NCBI GenBank assembly: GCA_963786955.1
Contig: CAWBAT010000004.1
Location: forward strand, 288,001-352,000
From: an uncultured Acidimicrobiia bacterium
Lineage (GTDB): Bacteria > Acidobacteriota > Terriglobia > Versatilivoradales > Versatilivoraceae
Direction: 5' to 3'
Length of the DNA stretch: 64,000 nt
Position numbers and translations under genes: made by a program. Shown in pieces: positions 49,543-61,218 of the stretch; within the stretch, counting starts at the first letter, position 1, and every line of letters starts with the position of its first letter. The notes under the pieces were generated by a model. It was not told the DNA's origin and searched no databases. It saw nothing but the letters and a program-made list of their open reading frames with translations.

Positions 49543-51840
49543 ATGACAATCTGCATGCAAAGAGCGAGGCAATCGGCTGGGTTATTTTTATTGGCAGTTC
49601 TAGTCCATCAACCCTGGGCTGTCGCTGATGACCTGCAGAAGACACAGAAAAAAGAACTGGAATCTGCAGCTAAGGCTTTGATCGGAGAGGCCAAGTCTCT
49701 TGAAAGTTCGGGCATGCTTGTTGAAGCCCGCCTGAAGTATGCCGAGTCTTTGGGCTACATCGAATTAAACGACGCCACTCAAGCAGTCGATCGCCTCAAC
49801 AAAGAGCTGCTCAATCAAGCTAAGATCGCAATCCAGGCGGCGAAGAAGTATTACGACGCAGGGAAGTTTCGCGACGCAGCCAAGACGCTGGAAGGCGCCC
49901 AGCAGCTGCAGACCTCCCAACTCCTCCTTTCTTACAATCTGGCTCTGTGCTACAAGCAGCTCGGCGACCATGAAAAGGCAGCCGACTATCTGGACCAGGC
50001 CATCATTGGAGCAAGTACCTCGAAACTGCGCTCGAGACTCAGCCAGATGCGCACCGTTTTCACCACTGCCGAGACTCCCGCCACTCTGAACGACAACACC
50101 AAAAAGCAGATCGGCGTTTTCGACCACTTGGCAGAGACCGTGGGAAATGGCTCTTCGGTCGAGGACGAGTTAGGAGACGAAGAAGTTCAGACGGAGGACG
50201 AGCAGGCCCCGAGCCTGCCTGCGGCTCCGGCTCGCAGCAGCACAGCGGTTAACTTTACCCCCACTGACAAACCTCACGGTGGCAAAGGGGGCCGATTCTC
50301 GAGCGCCTGCGCTGCGTTACAGAATGTAAAGGATGCCACGGCGACGAGCCCGGGAGCGATCTTTAACCTGGCGAATTGCGCGGAAAACAATAATCGTCCG
50401 GAGGAAGCGACGCGGTATCTGCGCCAGTATCTAAAACAATCGCCGGGCGCACTCGACGCCGTGAGGGTCACTGAGCGAATCGCCGAGCTAGAAGCCCTTC
50501 GGGCTTTACCCAACCCAACGGGATCTCAGGTCCGCGCTCTCTATGCTTACGCGGACCGGTCCATCGAAGAACGCCAATACGATCGCGCCCTGACTGATTT
50601 CACCAAGGCAGCAGATTTAACCCCGGACTTTGCGCTGACTTTCTGGAAGCTCGGGCTCCTGCAGGAGGCATTTGGCAGCGTCGCGGAGGCCCGCAAGCAG
50701 TACACGCGCTACCGCGAGCTGGTCACCGACCCTGCACTGCAAAAACGCGCCGATTTCCACCTGGGTATTCTCGACGCCAAGAAGGAAAAATATGACGCGG
50801 AAATCTCCGATGCCGAGGACGTGATTGCCGACCTCCTGAATCGAGCCATGAATCTGACATTCAACGGTCTTGAAGATCGTTCCGCCGTTCGGGCCCACCG
50901 CGGCCGGCGTAAGGGCCACGATGTCGACAAGAACAAAGCGAAAATGCTCGGCGGCTTTACGATCCCGCTGCCTTATGCGCACCAGCAGTTCGCCCTGGCC
51001 AGCCAGCACCTTGCGGCGGCCCTGGCTATTTTCCCGCTCGGAGCGGAGGCCAACGAGTTGATGGCTCTGGTTTATTTGCAGGCGCTCGATGGGCGTGCCG
51101 CTATCCGATCGTACGATGCCATCGCCAGCCAGAATCTGCCCGTTTCCTTTTATGTGGAAATCCGTGGTAGACATAATCTCGATCGCCCGGCTAAGTGCGA
51201 ATTGAGCCGCGATCACATCCGCATCATTTATCTCGCCTCTTACGACAAGAAAGGATTCCCCAAGCCTCCCGCCCGCCCGGGTGGTGAGGACGGTTTGGGG
51301 GATCTGGTCATTGAGCCCCGGGAGACGCGCGTGCTTGACTTTGAGGAGCTGTCCCTCGGGCTCGCCGATATTAAAAAGATTGAAACCAGGAATGGCCAAA
51401 TCTACCTCAAACTCCAACACGAGGACTACGCTTTGTCTCCACTTGCTCTGGCTTTCTATCCGCCAACAGAGGGTGGGCCGTTCGCTCGACGATTCTCCAA
51501 TGACTACACGCGCCTTTTCGTCCGCTATCCCGGCTTGGAAGATTCCAAGCTTGGCGCCGAGGGACTTACCGGCTATGAGAAATTCCAGATTGGAATGAGT
51601 ATCGCCTCGGCGGCCATGGACACGGCCATGGGAGGTGTCGGAGCCATCGCCATCATCCAGGACATCCAAACCATTACCCAAGTGGTCCGGATGCTGCAGA
51701 AAACCATGAACTCGTTAAAAATTAATTATGGGGGCTGGGAAACCAGCGTGAACGAGCAGCAGGACGTGATCGTCGGCAACCCGTTCAAACCTATTCCTAC
51801 CGAGCCTCTGCGTCTGGACTATGTGCAAGAACTGAAGTAG
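49543..51840 (+). CDS. Secreted TPR-repeat protein
   Basis: Signal peptide; TPR motifs YNLALCY, FNLANC, FWKLG; start uncertain. Confidence 0.75.
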   Translation: MTICMQRARQSAGLFLLAVLVHQPWAVADDLQKTQKKELESAAKALIGEAKSLESSGMLVEARLKYAESLGYIELNDATQAVDRLNKELLNQAKIAIQAAKKYYDAGKFRDAAKTLEGAQQLQTSQLLLSYNLALCYKQLGDHEKAADYLDQAIIGASTSKLRSRLSQMRTVFTTAETPATLNDNTKKQIGVFDHLAETVGNGSSVEDELGDEEVQTEDEQAPSLPAAPARSSTAVNFTPTDKPHGGKGGRFSSACAALQNVKDATATSPGAIFNLANCAENNNRPEEATRYLRQYLKQSPGALDAVRVTERIAELEALRALPNPTGSQVRALYAYADRSIEERQYDRALTDFTKAADLTPDFALTFWKLGLLQEAFGSVAEARKQYTRYRELVTDPALQKRADFHLGILDAKKEKYDAEISDAEDVIADLLNRAMNLTFNGLEDRSAVRAHRGRRKGHDVDKNKAKMLGGFTIPLPYAHQQFALASQHLAAALAIFPLGAEANELMALVYLQALDGRAAIRSYDAIASQNLPVSFYVEIRGRHNLDRPAKCELSRDHIRIIYLASYDKKGFPKPPARPGGEDGLGDLVIEPRETRVLDFEELSLGLADIKKIETRNGQIYLKLQHEDYALSPLALAFYPPTEGGPFARRFSNDYTRLFVRYPGLEDSKLGAEGLTGYEKFQIGMSIASAAMDTAMGGVGAIAIIQDIQTITQVVRMLQKTMNSLKINYGGWETSVNEQQDVIVGNPFKPIPTEPLRLDYVQELK

Positions 51841-52206
51841 GCCGAACCCACCCAAACATAAAAACTCAGTCTGGCGCCCTTGTCAGCCGGTGGACTGGTA
51901 GATGGAATTGGTCGAGTCTGCTGGGGGTAGCGAAGACATGCGCAGGTTGCATGTCTTCGAACAGTGCCAGCTCACAGGAGATCTTCCATTGACAAGGTGC
52001 ATTGGACTTCCAAATGATAGAACTTCGAACTGACTTCTTCACAGCCGACAGACACAGATAGCACGTGCGCCACCCCACCGCTGATGGTTGTGAATCACCC
52101 AGGGCAAATAGAGTCAGCCCTTAATAGTTCAATTTTTGGTTTGCGGGAATGGTTGTGATTCAAAAGGTTGCAAGCTACAATCCGACCAAGACCAGCATGT
52201 GTCGTG

Positions 52207-52269
52207 ACTCAACAAGGGCTCCAGCCAACTGGGCAAAAAGGCCAGCGGCCAAATCCTGAGCTGTTAGGC
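52207..52269 (+). other. Orphan attC-like site
   Basis: ACTCAAC-AAGGGCTCCAGCCAACTGGGCAAAAAGGCCAGCGGCC..GTTAGGC. Confidence 0.7.
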
Positions 52270-52294
52270 TCGTTGTATTGGAAGGAGTCTTTCA

Positions 52295-52516
52295 ATGAAG
52301 CGATTCGGGATTGGCATTCTCTTTGGCATCGGCGGTTATCTCATTGCTGCCGTGACAAGTTATTTTCTCGTGGAGATGTTATCGGGAAACACACATGATC
52401 GCGATGTCGAAGCGGCAATGACGAGCGTCTTTTTCATTGGTCCAATGGGCGGGATCGCTGCCTTCATTGCAGGCATGGTCTGGGGAAAACGATTCTCTGC
52501 GGCTTCGTTAAAGTAA
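52295..52516 (+). CDS. Small two-TM membrane protein, cassette-like
   Basis: RBS AAGGAG; two hydrophobic helices around SGNTHDR..EAAMT; followed by GCCTAAT (eroded R''). Confidence 0.75.
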   Translation: MKRFGIGILFGIGGYLIAAVTSYFLVEMLSGNTHDRDVEAAMTSVFFIGPMGGIAAFIAGMVWGKRFSAASLK

Positions 52517-52768
52517 TCGCCTAATCCAATCGAAAAAAGGCAGAATAGAAACTCCAAATGAATTCTTTACCGCAAACATGCAAAGGACGCATGAGCTCCG
52601 CCCCTCATCAATGCAGCCCGGTTGAAGGTCATCCTTTGTGGATGATCTGTGCTGAAGAGATTGCTTCCCTATCCGGTCCGCTAAGTCGAGAGCAAATGTT
52701 AAGAGAGCATCGAGAAATGCCCACAGTAAGAATTTAAATGATTGTCCCAAGGAAGAAGGATTGAGACC

Positions 52769-53632
52769 ATGAAAACTCCACTCAATTACTTGACGTCTCA
52801 GCAACAGGATGCGTATCGCGACTACGGCTATCATTTTCCGGTCCGTGCCCTTCAAGATGATGAGGCTGCCAAGTTGTGCCACTCTTTCATGTCCTATTAT
52901 GAGCAGCACAGCGAGCCCCTCAAGCAACTGCTCCCCAGGGACCGGCGTGCCTTTATGAGCGAGACCCATTTTTTCCTCCGCTGGGTCTATGAGCTCGTTT
53001 CCCATCCTCGTGTTCTCGACGCAGTGGAGTCTGTTCTCGGACCTGATATCATGGTTTGGAGCAGCCAATGGTTCCCCAAATTCCCAAACGACAAGGCCTT
53101 CGTGTCCTGGCATCAGGATGCGACCTACTGGGGGTTGACGCCACCAAACGTCACGACTGCATGGATAGCGCTGTCGCAGAGTACGCCGCAGAACGGTTGC
53201 ATGCGCGTTATTCCCGGCACTCACAAGACCCTTAATTTGCCGCAACGCGAGACTTATGGACCCGATAACATGCTGTCACGGGGCCAGGAAATTGCGGTCG
53301 AGGTGGATGAAGCGCACGCCGTCGATCTGATCCTGCGCCCAGGCGAATTGTCGCTTCATCATATCGGAATCATTCATGGGTCGGGACCGAATAACTCTGA
53401 CAGCCCGAGAATCGGTCTGGCGGTTCGTTATATATCACCGGATGTTATTCAGAACAGACTGGAGCATGACTTGGTTCTGCTGGTGCGCGGTAAAGACGAC
53501 CATGGAAACTTTGAGATCTCCGGTCCGCCCAACCGCGACATGGCCTACGGCGAATCTCCGATTCATACCGAAGCTTTGGAGCGCAAGGGCCGAAACCTCT
53601 TGCCGAAGAAAATCCTGCCTTCAAAAATATAG
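52769..53632 (+). CDS. Phytanoyl-CoA dioxygenase (PhyH) family
   Basis: WHQD, TAWIAL, NGCMRVIPG, IHGSGPN..R. Confidence 0.92.
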   Translation: MKTPLNYLTSQQQDAYRDYGYHFPVRALQDDEAAKLCHSFMSYYEQHSEPLKQLLPRDRRAFMSETHFFLRWVYELVSHPRVLDAVESVLGPDIMVWSSQWFPKFPNDKAFVSWHQDATYWGLTPPNVTTAWIALSQSTPQNGCMRVIPGTHKTLNLPQRETYGPDNMLSRGQEIAVEVDEAHAVDLILRPGELSLHHIGIIHGSGPNNSDSPRIGLAVRYISPDVIQNRLEHDLVLLVRGKDDHGNFEISGPPNRDMAYGESPIHTEALERKGRNLLPKKILPSKI

Positions 53633-53733
53633 TTTGGTGATAGTGAGCGGACTTCTCTTCGAGGAGAGTGCTATTTGATGAAGGAATCGAGGCGCTGCCC
53701 TCGCTTGTGACCGACAGCGCCTGCATTGAAGCT

Positions 53734-54303
53734 TTAACTTAGTTGAGCACTCATGTATGGTACTTCCGCTCTTTGAAAACCAATATAGCGGGGCGAAGAA
53801 GTCAAATGTGTTCTCAGAACCTGTCTTCCTCGACTCAATCGGGACATCACGGTGCCGATGGGAATATTCAGAATCTCGGAAATTTCTTTGTAGGAAAACT
53901 CCTGGACGTCCACCAACAAAATAATTTCCCGGAAAGCTTCCGGGACCTGATTAAGTGCGGCCAGGAGGTCTTCGTCAGTGAGATGTTCTTCTATGGGAGG
54001 TTCGTATGCCAAGGACTCCTTCAGATGCTCCTCACCATCCTCCACCCATTTGAAGTTAAACCATTTGCGGCGATGGTGATGGATCACATGAAAGAGAATT
54101 TTGAATAACCAAGCCCGACAATTGGTCCCGAGCTCAAACCGATGGAAGGATTTCCATGCTTGGAGAAAAGCTTCCTGGACCAAATCTTCAGCCTCGGCAC
54201 GATCCCCGATAACCCGTACCGCCGTCCGGTAGAGATCATCAAAATGTCGAAGAGCTTCGGCCTCAAAAGCCTCCATACTGACTTCACGCTTATCTGCAAC
54301 CAT
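53734..54303 (-). CDS. ECF sigma factor
   Basis: AEDLVQE, RAWLFKI, SYKEISEIL.IPIGTVMSRLSRGR. Confidence 0.93.
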   Translation of the reverse strand: MVADKREVSMEAFEAEALRHFDDLYRTAVRVIGDRAEAEDLVQEAFLQAWKSFHRFELGTNCRAWLFKILFHVIHHHRRKWFNFKWVEDGEEHLKESLAYEPPIEEHLTDEDLLAALNQVPEAFREIILLVDVQEFSYKEISEILNIPIGTVMSRLSRGRQVLRTHLTSSPRYIGFQRAEVPYMSAQLS

Positions 54304-54342
54304 AAAAACACCTCCAACATTCAAGATAACTCTCGTCAGTCC

Positions 54343-54609
54343 TCAACTTGCAGCCGATCTCAATAATTCCGTGAGGAAGGGATTACAATTAATGAGTTTG
54401 ACTTGTCGCGCTAACAAATCCTTAAACAAGGTCACGCCACTCCTGTCCAGATAAAGCACGTCTCCTACATCGATAGTCAGCGATCCCTCTTTTTCCAGAA
54501 ACCGATGGCAGAATGTTTCAACTTCCGTTACAGAGGGGCCCACGACCTGACCCTCAAGTTTAATAATCGTTCTTCCATTCACCACTGGTACTTCTGAGAT
54601 CTTTACCAT
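54343..54609 (-). CDS. STAS-domain protein
   Basis: IKLEG..G..V, ID..DV.YLD.SG..L, NPFL. Confidence 0.75.
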   Translation of the reverse strand: MVKISEVPVVNGRTIIKLEGQVVGPSVTEVETFCHRFLEKEGSLTIDVGDVLYLDRSGVTLFKDLLARQVKLINCNPFLTELLRSAAS

Positions 54610-54643
54610 CGCCTAATTCCTCTCCGTGTTGCAGAAGGATCAA

Positions 54644-54659
54644 TGCAAGGTTCTAGCCA
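54644..54659 (-). promoter_or_regulatory. Sigma54 (-24/-12) promoter
   Basis: Minus strand TGGC-TAGAACC-TTGCA, canonical GG-N10-GC spacing, 35 bp upstream of the STAS ATG. Confidence 0.8.
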
Positions 54660-54745
54660 CGAGGAACTTGACAGTCTGAAATACTTCTAACTTATAGATA
54701 AATAAACTAATTATAATTACTTAAGTCAAAGGCGTCAGATGGACG

Positions 54746-54817
54746 CCACGGTATTTCGTGGTCAATGCATCGTGGGTTGGAGGTGGAACGTGAATGTAAA
54801 ACCACGATATTTAGTGG
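54746..54817. promoter_or_regulatory. Paired palindromic sites, putative enhancer (UAS) for the adjacent activator
   Basis: CCACGGTATTTCGTGG (54746-54761) and CCACGATATTTAGTGG (54802-54817), separated from the promoter by an AT-rich tract. Confidence 0.6.
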
Positions 54818-54908
54818 GTCGCAGGGAGAGGAGGGTTGAATCATGGACTAAATGCTCTATTTCACAGATCCAGTAAACCCGAATTCCTAAGTTGCGTGGG
54901 CGTCACTA

Positions 54909-54970
54909 GGTGGAGCGGGGCACTCCTGCGCACGCTCAATGAACGAGGCAAGGGGGGACGGCGGTCCCAC
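54909..54970. repeat. REP-like hairpin pair related to 22908-22964
   Basis: GGAGCGGGGCACTCCTGCGCACGCT vs GGAGCGGGCGCTCCCGCGCACGCT. Confidence 0.55.
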
Positions 54971-55021
54971 GCGCGCCTTCTATGAAAGGTCGGCCTGGGG
55001 CAACTTCCACGGCTAGTGCAA

Positions 55022-58000
55022 TTAAAGCGAAGCGGATCGTTGGATGCCGAGTTTCTTCATGCGGCTGCGAAGAGTGTTGGGATGCAGGTTAAGGACCTTT
55101 GCAGCTCCCTTGAGACCTTCAATCACCCACTTTGTCTGATTGAGGACTTCCAGAATATGTTGGCGCTCGACCTCCTCCAAGGTTAGAGCATGGTCAGGGG
55201 CAGACCCCTGCGGGCCGGCGGGAAGCACGGAAGGTTTAACTGCGTTTGTGGGAGATGAGACTGCCGCTGCCTTGGCTATTGACGGCAGACTTGATCCCAG
55301 CGCCGGGAAAAGGTCGGGCTGTAGCGTCAGGACTGAACCCTGCGACAAAACCGCTACTCTCTCTAGGAGGTTCTGTAATTCGCGGATGTTGCCCGGCCAT
55401 GGATAGTGGACCAGTCGATCCATCGTTTCTTTAGAAACGGTTTCGACTTTCTTACCGAGTTTCTTTGAAAAACGGGAGAGAAAAAACATCACCAGCTGAG
55501 GAATATCTGTCTGACGCTCGCGCAATGGAGGCAGGGTGAGCGGGAATACATTGAGACGATAAAAGAGATCAGACCGAAAGTGGCCCGTACGCACCGCGTC
55601 TTCCAAATTGCGGTTCGTTGCAGCAATGATCCGGACATCGACACGCAAAGTCCGGCTGCTCCCCACGGGCTCAAATTCTTGTTCCTGAAGAACTCGCAAT
55701 AGTTTTACCTGAGTCTCCAGCGGCAGTTCGCTGACTTCATCGAGGAAGAGAGTCCCTCCATCGGCTAATTCGAATCGCCCACTGCGATTCTCGATGGCGC
55801 CGGTGAAAGCCCCTTTGACATGACCAAAGAGCTCGCTCTCTACAAGACCGGCGGAGATGGCGCCGCAATTAACTTTCACCAGAGGACGTTTTCTGCGCGG
55901 GCTCCGGTCATGGATGGCGCGCGCAATCAGTTCCTTCCCGGTTCCGGTTTCTCCATAAATTAGAATCGTGGCATCCGTGGGAGCCACCTGCTCGACTTGC
56001 CGCAATAAGCCTAGCAGAGGGGGACTACTGCCGACGATCTCTTCAAAATTGTGCTCCCGGCGAATTTCTTCCTGGAGATAGATGTTTTCGGCATGAAGTC
56101 GATTCTTGAGAGTTTCGACCTCGGCCAGGGCTGCCCTTAGGTTCTCTTCAGCGTGTAAACGCTCGAGTTCGGCGCCGGCTCGAGCGGCAAATATTCTCAG
56201 GATCGGCATGCCCTGGGCATCTTCGGCCATCGGCTTGTCATCCAGAACGGCGATGTGTCCGATGACGGAACCTGAGTCGTCAAATAAGGGAACACCCAGG
56301 AAACTTTGCGCTCCTAAGTCCGACGAGATCCTTGTCTTCTGGGAAAAGCAGCTGCAGATCATTACCAAAATAGCATGTGCTCCCCTCCAAAACCTTGCCG
56401 CAGGGCGTCGGAGCGACATCATATTCAAGGTTCTCACCGAAACCTCCGCCGATCCAAAAGGCGAGCATTCTGGCCCTCAGCTTCTCTTCACGTTTGCACT
56501 CGGTCACAAAGGCATAACGGGCCTGGAGAGCTGAGGCCAGGTAGCGAACCAGCGAGCGGAAAAAATCGGCACCGGTCACCGAAGCGGTTCCTTCCATCAC
56601 GGATCGAAGCATCTCCTCAGCCTTTTGCCGTTGGGCAACCTCTTGCTTCATGTCATCGTAAAGTCGGGCATTCTCCAGAGAAATGGCGGCTTGCGAACAC
56701 AGGATATGCATTACTTCCGTCCGGTCAGCCGTGAAGACGTTGGCGGCCAGATTATTCTCGAGATAAAGGATTCCTCCGAACTTCCCCTGGTGGACAACCG
56801 GCACACACAGAATTGATTTCGGGTGAGTCGAAGCGATATAAGGGTCTCCCAAAAATCGATCGTCAGCGTAGGCAGTGCCGAGCACCACGCTCTGGCCGGT
56901 TTTCTGAACGAAGTGGACTATGGCCTCAGAGAGTTTCCCGCTATTTTCGGCAGGAACTGCCTCCAGGACTGAAACGATGTCGTGATCAACGTTGCCTTCA
57001 GCCTGGATCACGAGCTTCCCCTCAAGCTCTTGCAAAAAGAGTCCTCGTTGGGCGCCGGCGTTTTCGATGGCTATTTTCATCAACTTTCGAAGCAGATCCT
57101 CCAGCTCGATCTCAACGCCAATGGCACGAGCGGCTTTCGTGACGGTCACGATATCAAGGGGAATTGGAGCACCCGGTGTGTCCAGTTTCTGTTCCCCGGT
57201 TTCTCTGAACTCAACAAGGGTTGTTGCCTGCGAAGGCTCGACAGAGATTGGACCCAACATCAGGTTGGAGAGCGATTCTTCAAGATGCCTGACTTTCGCG
57301 GCGGCACCCCACTGGGAATAGCGCTGGCGCGCTTTATCGAAATAGACGGAAGCAATATCACGATTAGCCTTCCGTCTCCAGAATCGGCCATAAAGCTCAC
57401 AAGCCAGCGCCTCATTATGGAGATTTTCCGTTACCCGGGCATACTGGATGGCCTGTTCAAAGATCTCTATGGCTTCTGAGGTTCTTCCCTGAATGCTCTC
57501 TATCTCGGCGCTGAGCAGGAGCGCCGCGCAACGGAAGTTCTCCGGACAGTTGCCGGCCAGAAGCGAGAGAGACTCTTGAATCTTCTCAACTCTAGCCACA
57601 ATCCTGCTTTGCTCGGCTTCATTCCTTTGGGAACACACTGCGGTTAGAGCCAGACCTTCAAACAAGTCTAAGTAGACCGGCCAGATCGTCCCCAACAGGT
57701 TATGAGCCATGCTTCGAGCGCAGCCTGCGGCTTCGTGAGCCTGCTCAAATTCTTCAAATAGGACGCAGAGATGCACCTTGAGAATGTAGTAATAAATGAT
57801 ACGGAAGGGATGGTTCCCGTAGGCTTGAATAAACGCCAATTCGTCAAAGCTTTCATCTGAGAACGAGGTCGGATGAGCGGTTCGGCCCTGAAGGGCACGC
57901 GCCCAGTTCTGGATCGCTTTCTGGGGAGGGATGAGGCCGGTCATTTTGAGCTTTTCAAGTAAAGCAAGGCTCGACGAACAGTCCCCAACGAACGATTCCA

Positions 58001-61000
58001 GGTTCCGGCAGACCAGCAGCGTATGCCAACATTCTGTAAAGGCTCCGTATCCAGCATAAGCAAAATCACCTGTCTCCAAACCGTAGCGAGTGGCTTCTCT
58101 GGCGTGCGGCACACAAGTTTGGAACGGACGCCGCCAAAGGTTGGCGTGGGCGTGAAATTGCTGATGAATTTTGGCTCGCCCTTTCCGGTCGTTAAAGCGT
58201 TCATTCACCAACAAAGCCAGCTCACCCCAGTCGTATGCGGACTTGTAGTCGCCCTTGACAGGACCCACGGTCACTGTGTGCGTTGCATATCCATAGGCAG
58301 ACTCCTCAGTGTTGCCGTGCTCTAAAGAGAGGCGCACCATAGTGGCGGATATGAGGCGGGTCAAAACTTGGTCTCCCCCGATATAAGCGGATGCCCAAAC
58401 GGTGGTTAAGACCTTCATCACGCTCTTCTGATCCGGGTCTTTCATAATCGGGAGCGCAATTAACGCATCGATGGCCCGCCCTCCTAGAAGCGCCTGGATC
58501 TTAGAAAGCTCCGTTTCCAAGGCAGCTTGTTTCCCTTCTGGAGAAGTGGGAAAGGAAACCCCAAACAGCGCCAATGCCTCTCGGCCACACTCAACGGCCG
58601 CTGCGTATTGGGATAGATTTTCGTATTCGAGAATCCTAAGACCGTACACTTGGGCTTTGTCCAGCCGAGTACGGGCATGTTTCAAAAGCAAGTCAAAATC
58701 GCGTTCGGCCTCGTCATAACGGCCGCAGAGGTATTGGCACTCGGCTGCCTCGATGTGCAGCGCGAACATCAAGGCATAATCTGAATTCCATTGGGACTCT
58801 CCGAGAAGACTCAGCCCTGCTGTGAGATGCTGGAGAGCTGCTTCAAAGGCCGTGGAAGATTTTGCTTTTTGACCGGCCTTGAGGTTGAGCTGAGCGACGA
58901 CGAGGCGTTCGTCATCGTCACGAATCAAACTGGCTCCACGGTTAAGATGGTGCACGACATCAAAGATCCTCTCGTCCGCACTGGCCGGATGACATTGTTC
59001 CAGCAACAAGCGGCCCACCGTCAGGTGAACCAGTTGCTTCCGTTCCTCGGGAATCAGGGAATAGGCCGCCTGCTGCACGCGGTCGTGCAGAAACGCATAG
59101 GATGGGTTCGGGCCCGACGAATCAGCTCCTGGGTCTGCAAGTTCTTCGTAGGGGAGGGCGACAGGTAAGATCAGTCCATTTTCCAGGGCCTGCTGAAGGT
59201 CATGACTTATCGTCATGGAAGATTGTTGGCTGACCATTGCCAGCGTATTCAAGTCGAAGAGGTTCCCAATGCAGGCTGCCAATGTAAGGCTATGCTGAGA
59301 TTCCTGAGAGAGCTGTTGGATCTTTTGGGTCATCAGGTCAATGACATTGTCCGTCATGGCGGCACGGCGAATCGCGTCGAGTTGATAAGTCCACCTGGCT
59401 TGTTCAAAATTGAACTGGAGGAATCCTTCTTGTTTGAGAGTTTTCAAGAACTGGATCACAAAAAAAGGATTCCCTTCAGTCTTCTCCAAAACCAGGCGGG
59501 CGAGGGGCTCCGCTTCTGAGTTTTCGCCATGAAGCGTGTCTCGAATAAACAGCGTGAGCTCGAAGAGTGGTAACGGGCCGAGGAAAACGCGATGGAGTTG
59601 CGCGCCGGCCGACTCGATTGACCTCAAGGTTCGGGCCAGCGGATGGCCGTCATCGACCTCGTTGTCACGATACGCGCCCATCAAAAAGAGGAACTGGATG
59701 TCCGGACTCGTCAGGAGCGGCTGGAGCAGGCTCAAGGTCGCCACGTCAGCCCATTGCAAGTCGTCCAGGAAGACTACCAGCGGGTGCTCCCGCTGGGCCA
59801 GGGCGCCTACGAAATTTTGAAATACGAGTTGAAAGCGGTTCAGGGCTTCCGTCGGGCCAATAACCGGTGCAGGCGGTTGCTTGCCCATAATCAGCTCGAT
59901 TTCGGGAATGACTTCGGCCAAAACACCACCGTTAGGTTCGAGTGCTTTGGAAAGACGGGCCCGCCACAGAGTCAAGCGCTCCTCGCTTTCGGTAAGCAAC
60001 TGTTGGACGAGCCCCCGAAATGCCTGGATCAAGGCGCCAAAGGGGACGTTTCGAACGACCTGATCGAATTTTCCGCTAATGAAATAGCCCCTCTGACAAA
60101 CGATGGGTTTATACAGTTCTTGAATCAGCGAGGTCTTGCCGATTCCCGAATATCCGCCCACCAAAATCATGGCGGTTGGACCTTGACAGGTTCGGTCGAA
60201 GGCTCCAAGGAGGAGCTCGACCTCCGCATCTCTACCATAAAGCTTTTGAGGGATGAGAAAGCGGTCCGAAACATCCAGCTGCCCCAAGGAAAAAGGCGCG
60301 ACGGAGCCGCGGGCCGTCCACTCTCGTTGGCAATGTTCCAAATCATTCACAATCCCCAGCGCACTCTGGTAACGTTCCTCCGCAGTTTTGGCAAGCAATC
60401 TCATCACGATTCCAGAAAGCGACTCAGGGATTTTGGGATCGACCTCAGCCGGGGCGCGGGGAATCTTGGCGATATGCCCATGGATTAGCTCAAGGCTGTC
60501 TTCTGAATGAAAAGGGGGAGCCCCCATCAGCATTTCAAAGAATACTACTCCCAAAGAATAGAAATCTGTTCGGTAGTCTGTGGCTCGATTCATACGCCCG
60601 GTCTGTTCTGGGGACACATAGGGGAGCAGGCTGCGCAGCGAATGGAGTGGCAGTGGGATGGGAGCATCACCGGAGTCTCGCGAGGCGAAGTTTAAATCGG
60701 CGAGAGTGACTTCCATGGTCGCTGGTTCCACCAGGATAGCCTGCGGACTCAGGCTCCTGCAGACGAGGTCTTGACGATGCAGCTCCCCCAGAATCTTAGA
60801 AAGCGGGATAGCGAATCTCAGAAATGACTCGACTCGCATTCGGCCCGGAATTAGAAGTTCTCGGAGCGGCCTCCCATGATGATCGTCCAATACCAGGCAG
60901 CAGTATTCATCGTTACAAATAAAATCATGGGCTCGTGGTATCCCAGAAACAGCCAGAGTTTTGAGCAATTCATACTCGCGCTTGAACAATTCTTTGTCCA

Positions 61001-61175
61001 CTGCTCTCGCGGGACGGCATCGCTGCACTTTCAGGAGAACGAGCCCCCCATCTCCCTTGGCCCGTCCCCGTAGCAGGCTATACCATTCACAAGACGAAAG
61101 TTCCTCAAAAATGTCGTAACCGGAAATCTTCAAAAGTGCCTCTGAGCAGATGTCTTTCTGAACCGATTGGGTCAA
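55022..61175 (-). CDS. Ser/Thr kinase-like / AAA ATPase / GAF-GAF / sigma54 enhancer-binding protein, frameshift near 56315
   Basis: YVSPEQTGR, GYSGIGKT, FLDDLQWAD, FLHDRVQQAAY, YLENN; ORF 55022 carries GETGTGKE, GAFTGA, WPGNIREL and an HTH; the second GAF is split across frames (DLVGL/GAQSFLG). Confidence 0.88.
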
Positions 61176-61218
61176 GGAACGACTAGAGCATTATCGTTGT
61201 TGCTAAATCATACCAGCA

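Noticed and set aside
50617-51681. Long antisense ORF (354 aa), and similar ones at 42913, 52508 and 59643
   Set aside because: Shadow frames of well-supported genes on the opposite strand, with no recognisable motifs.
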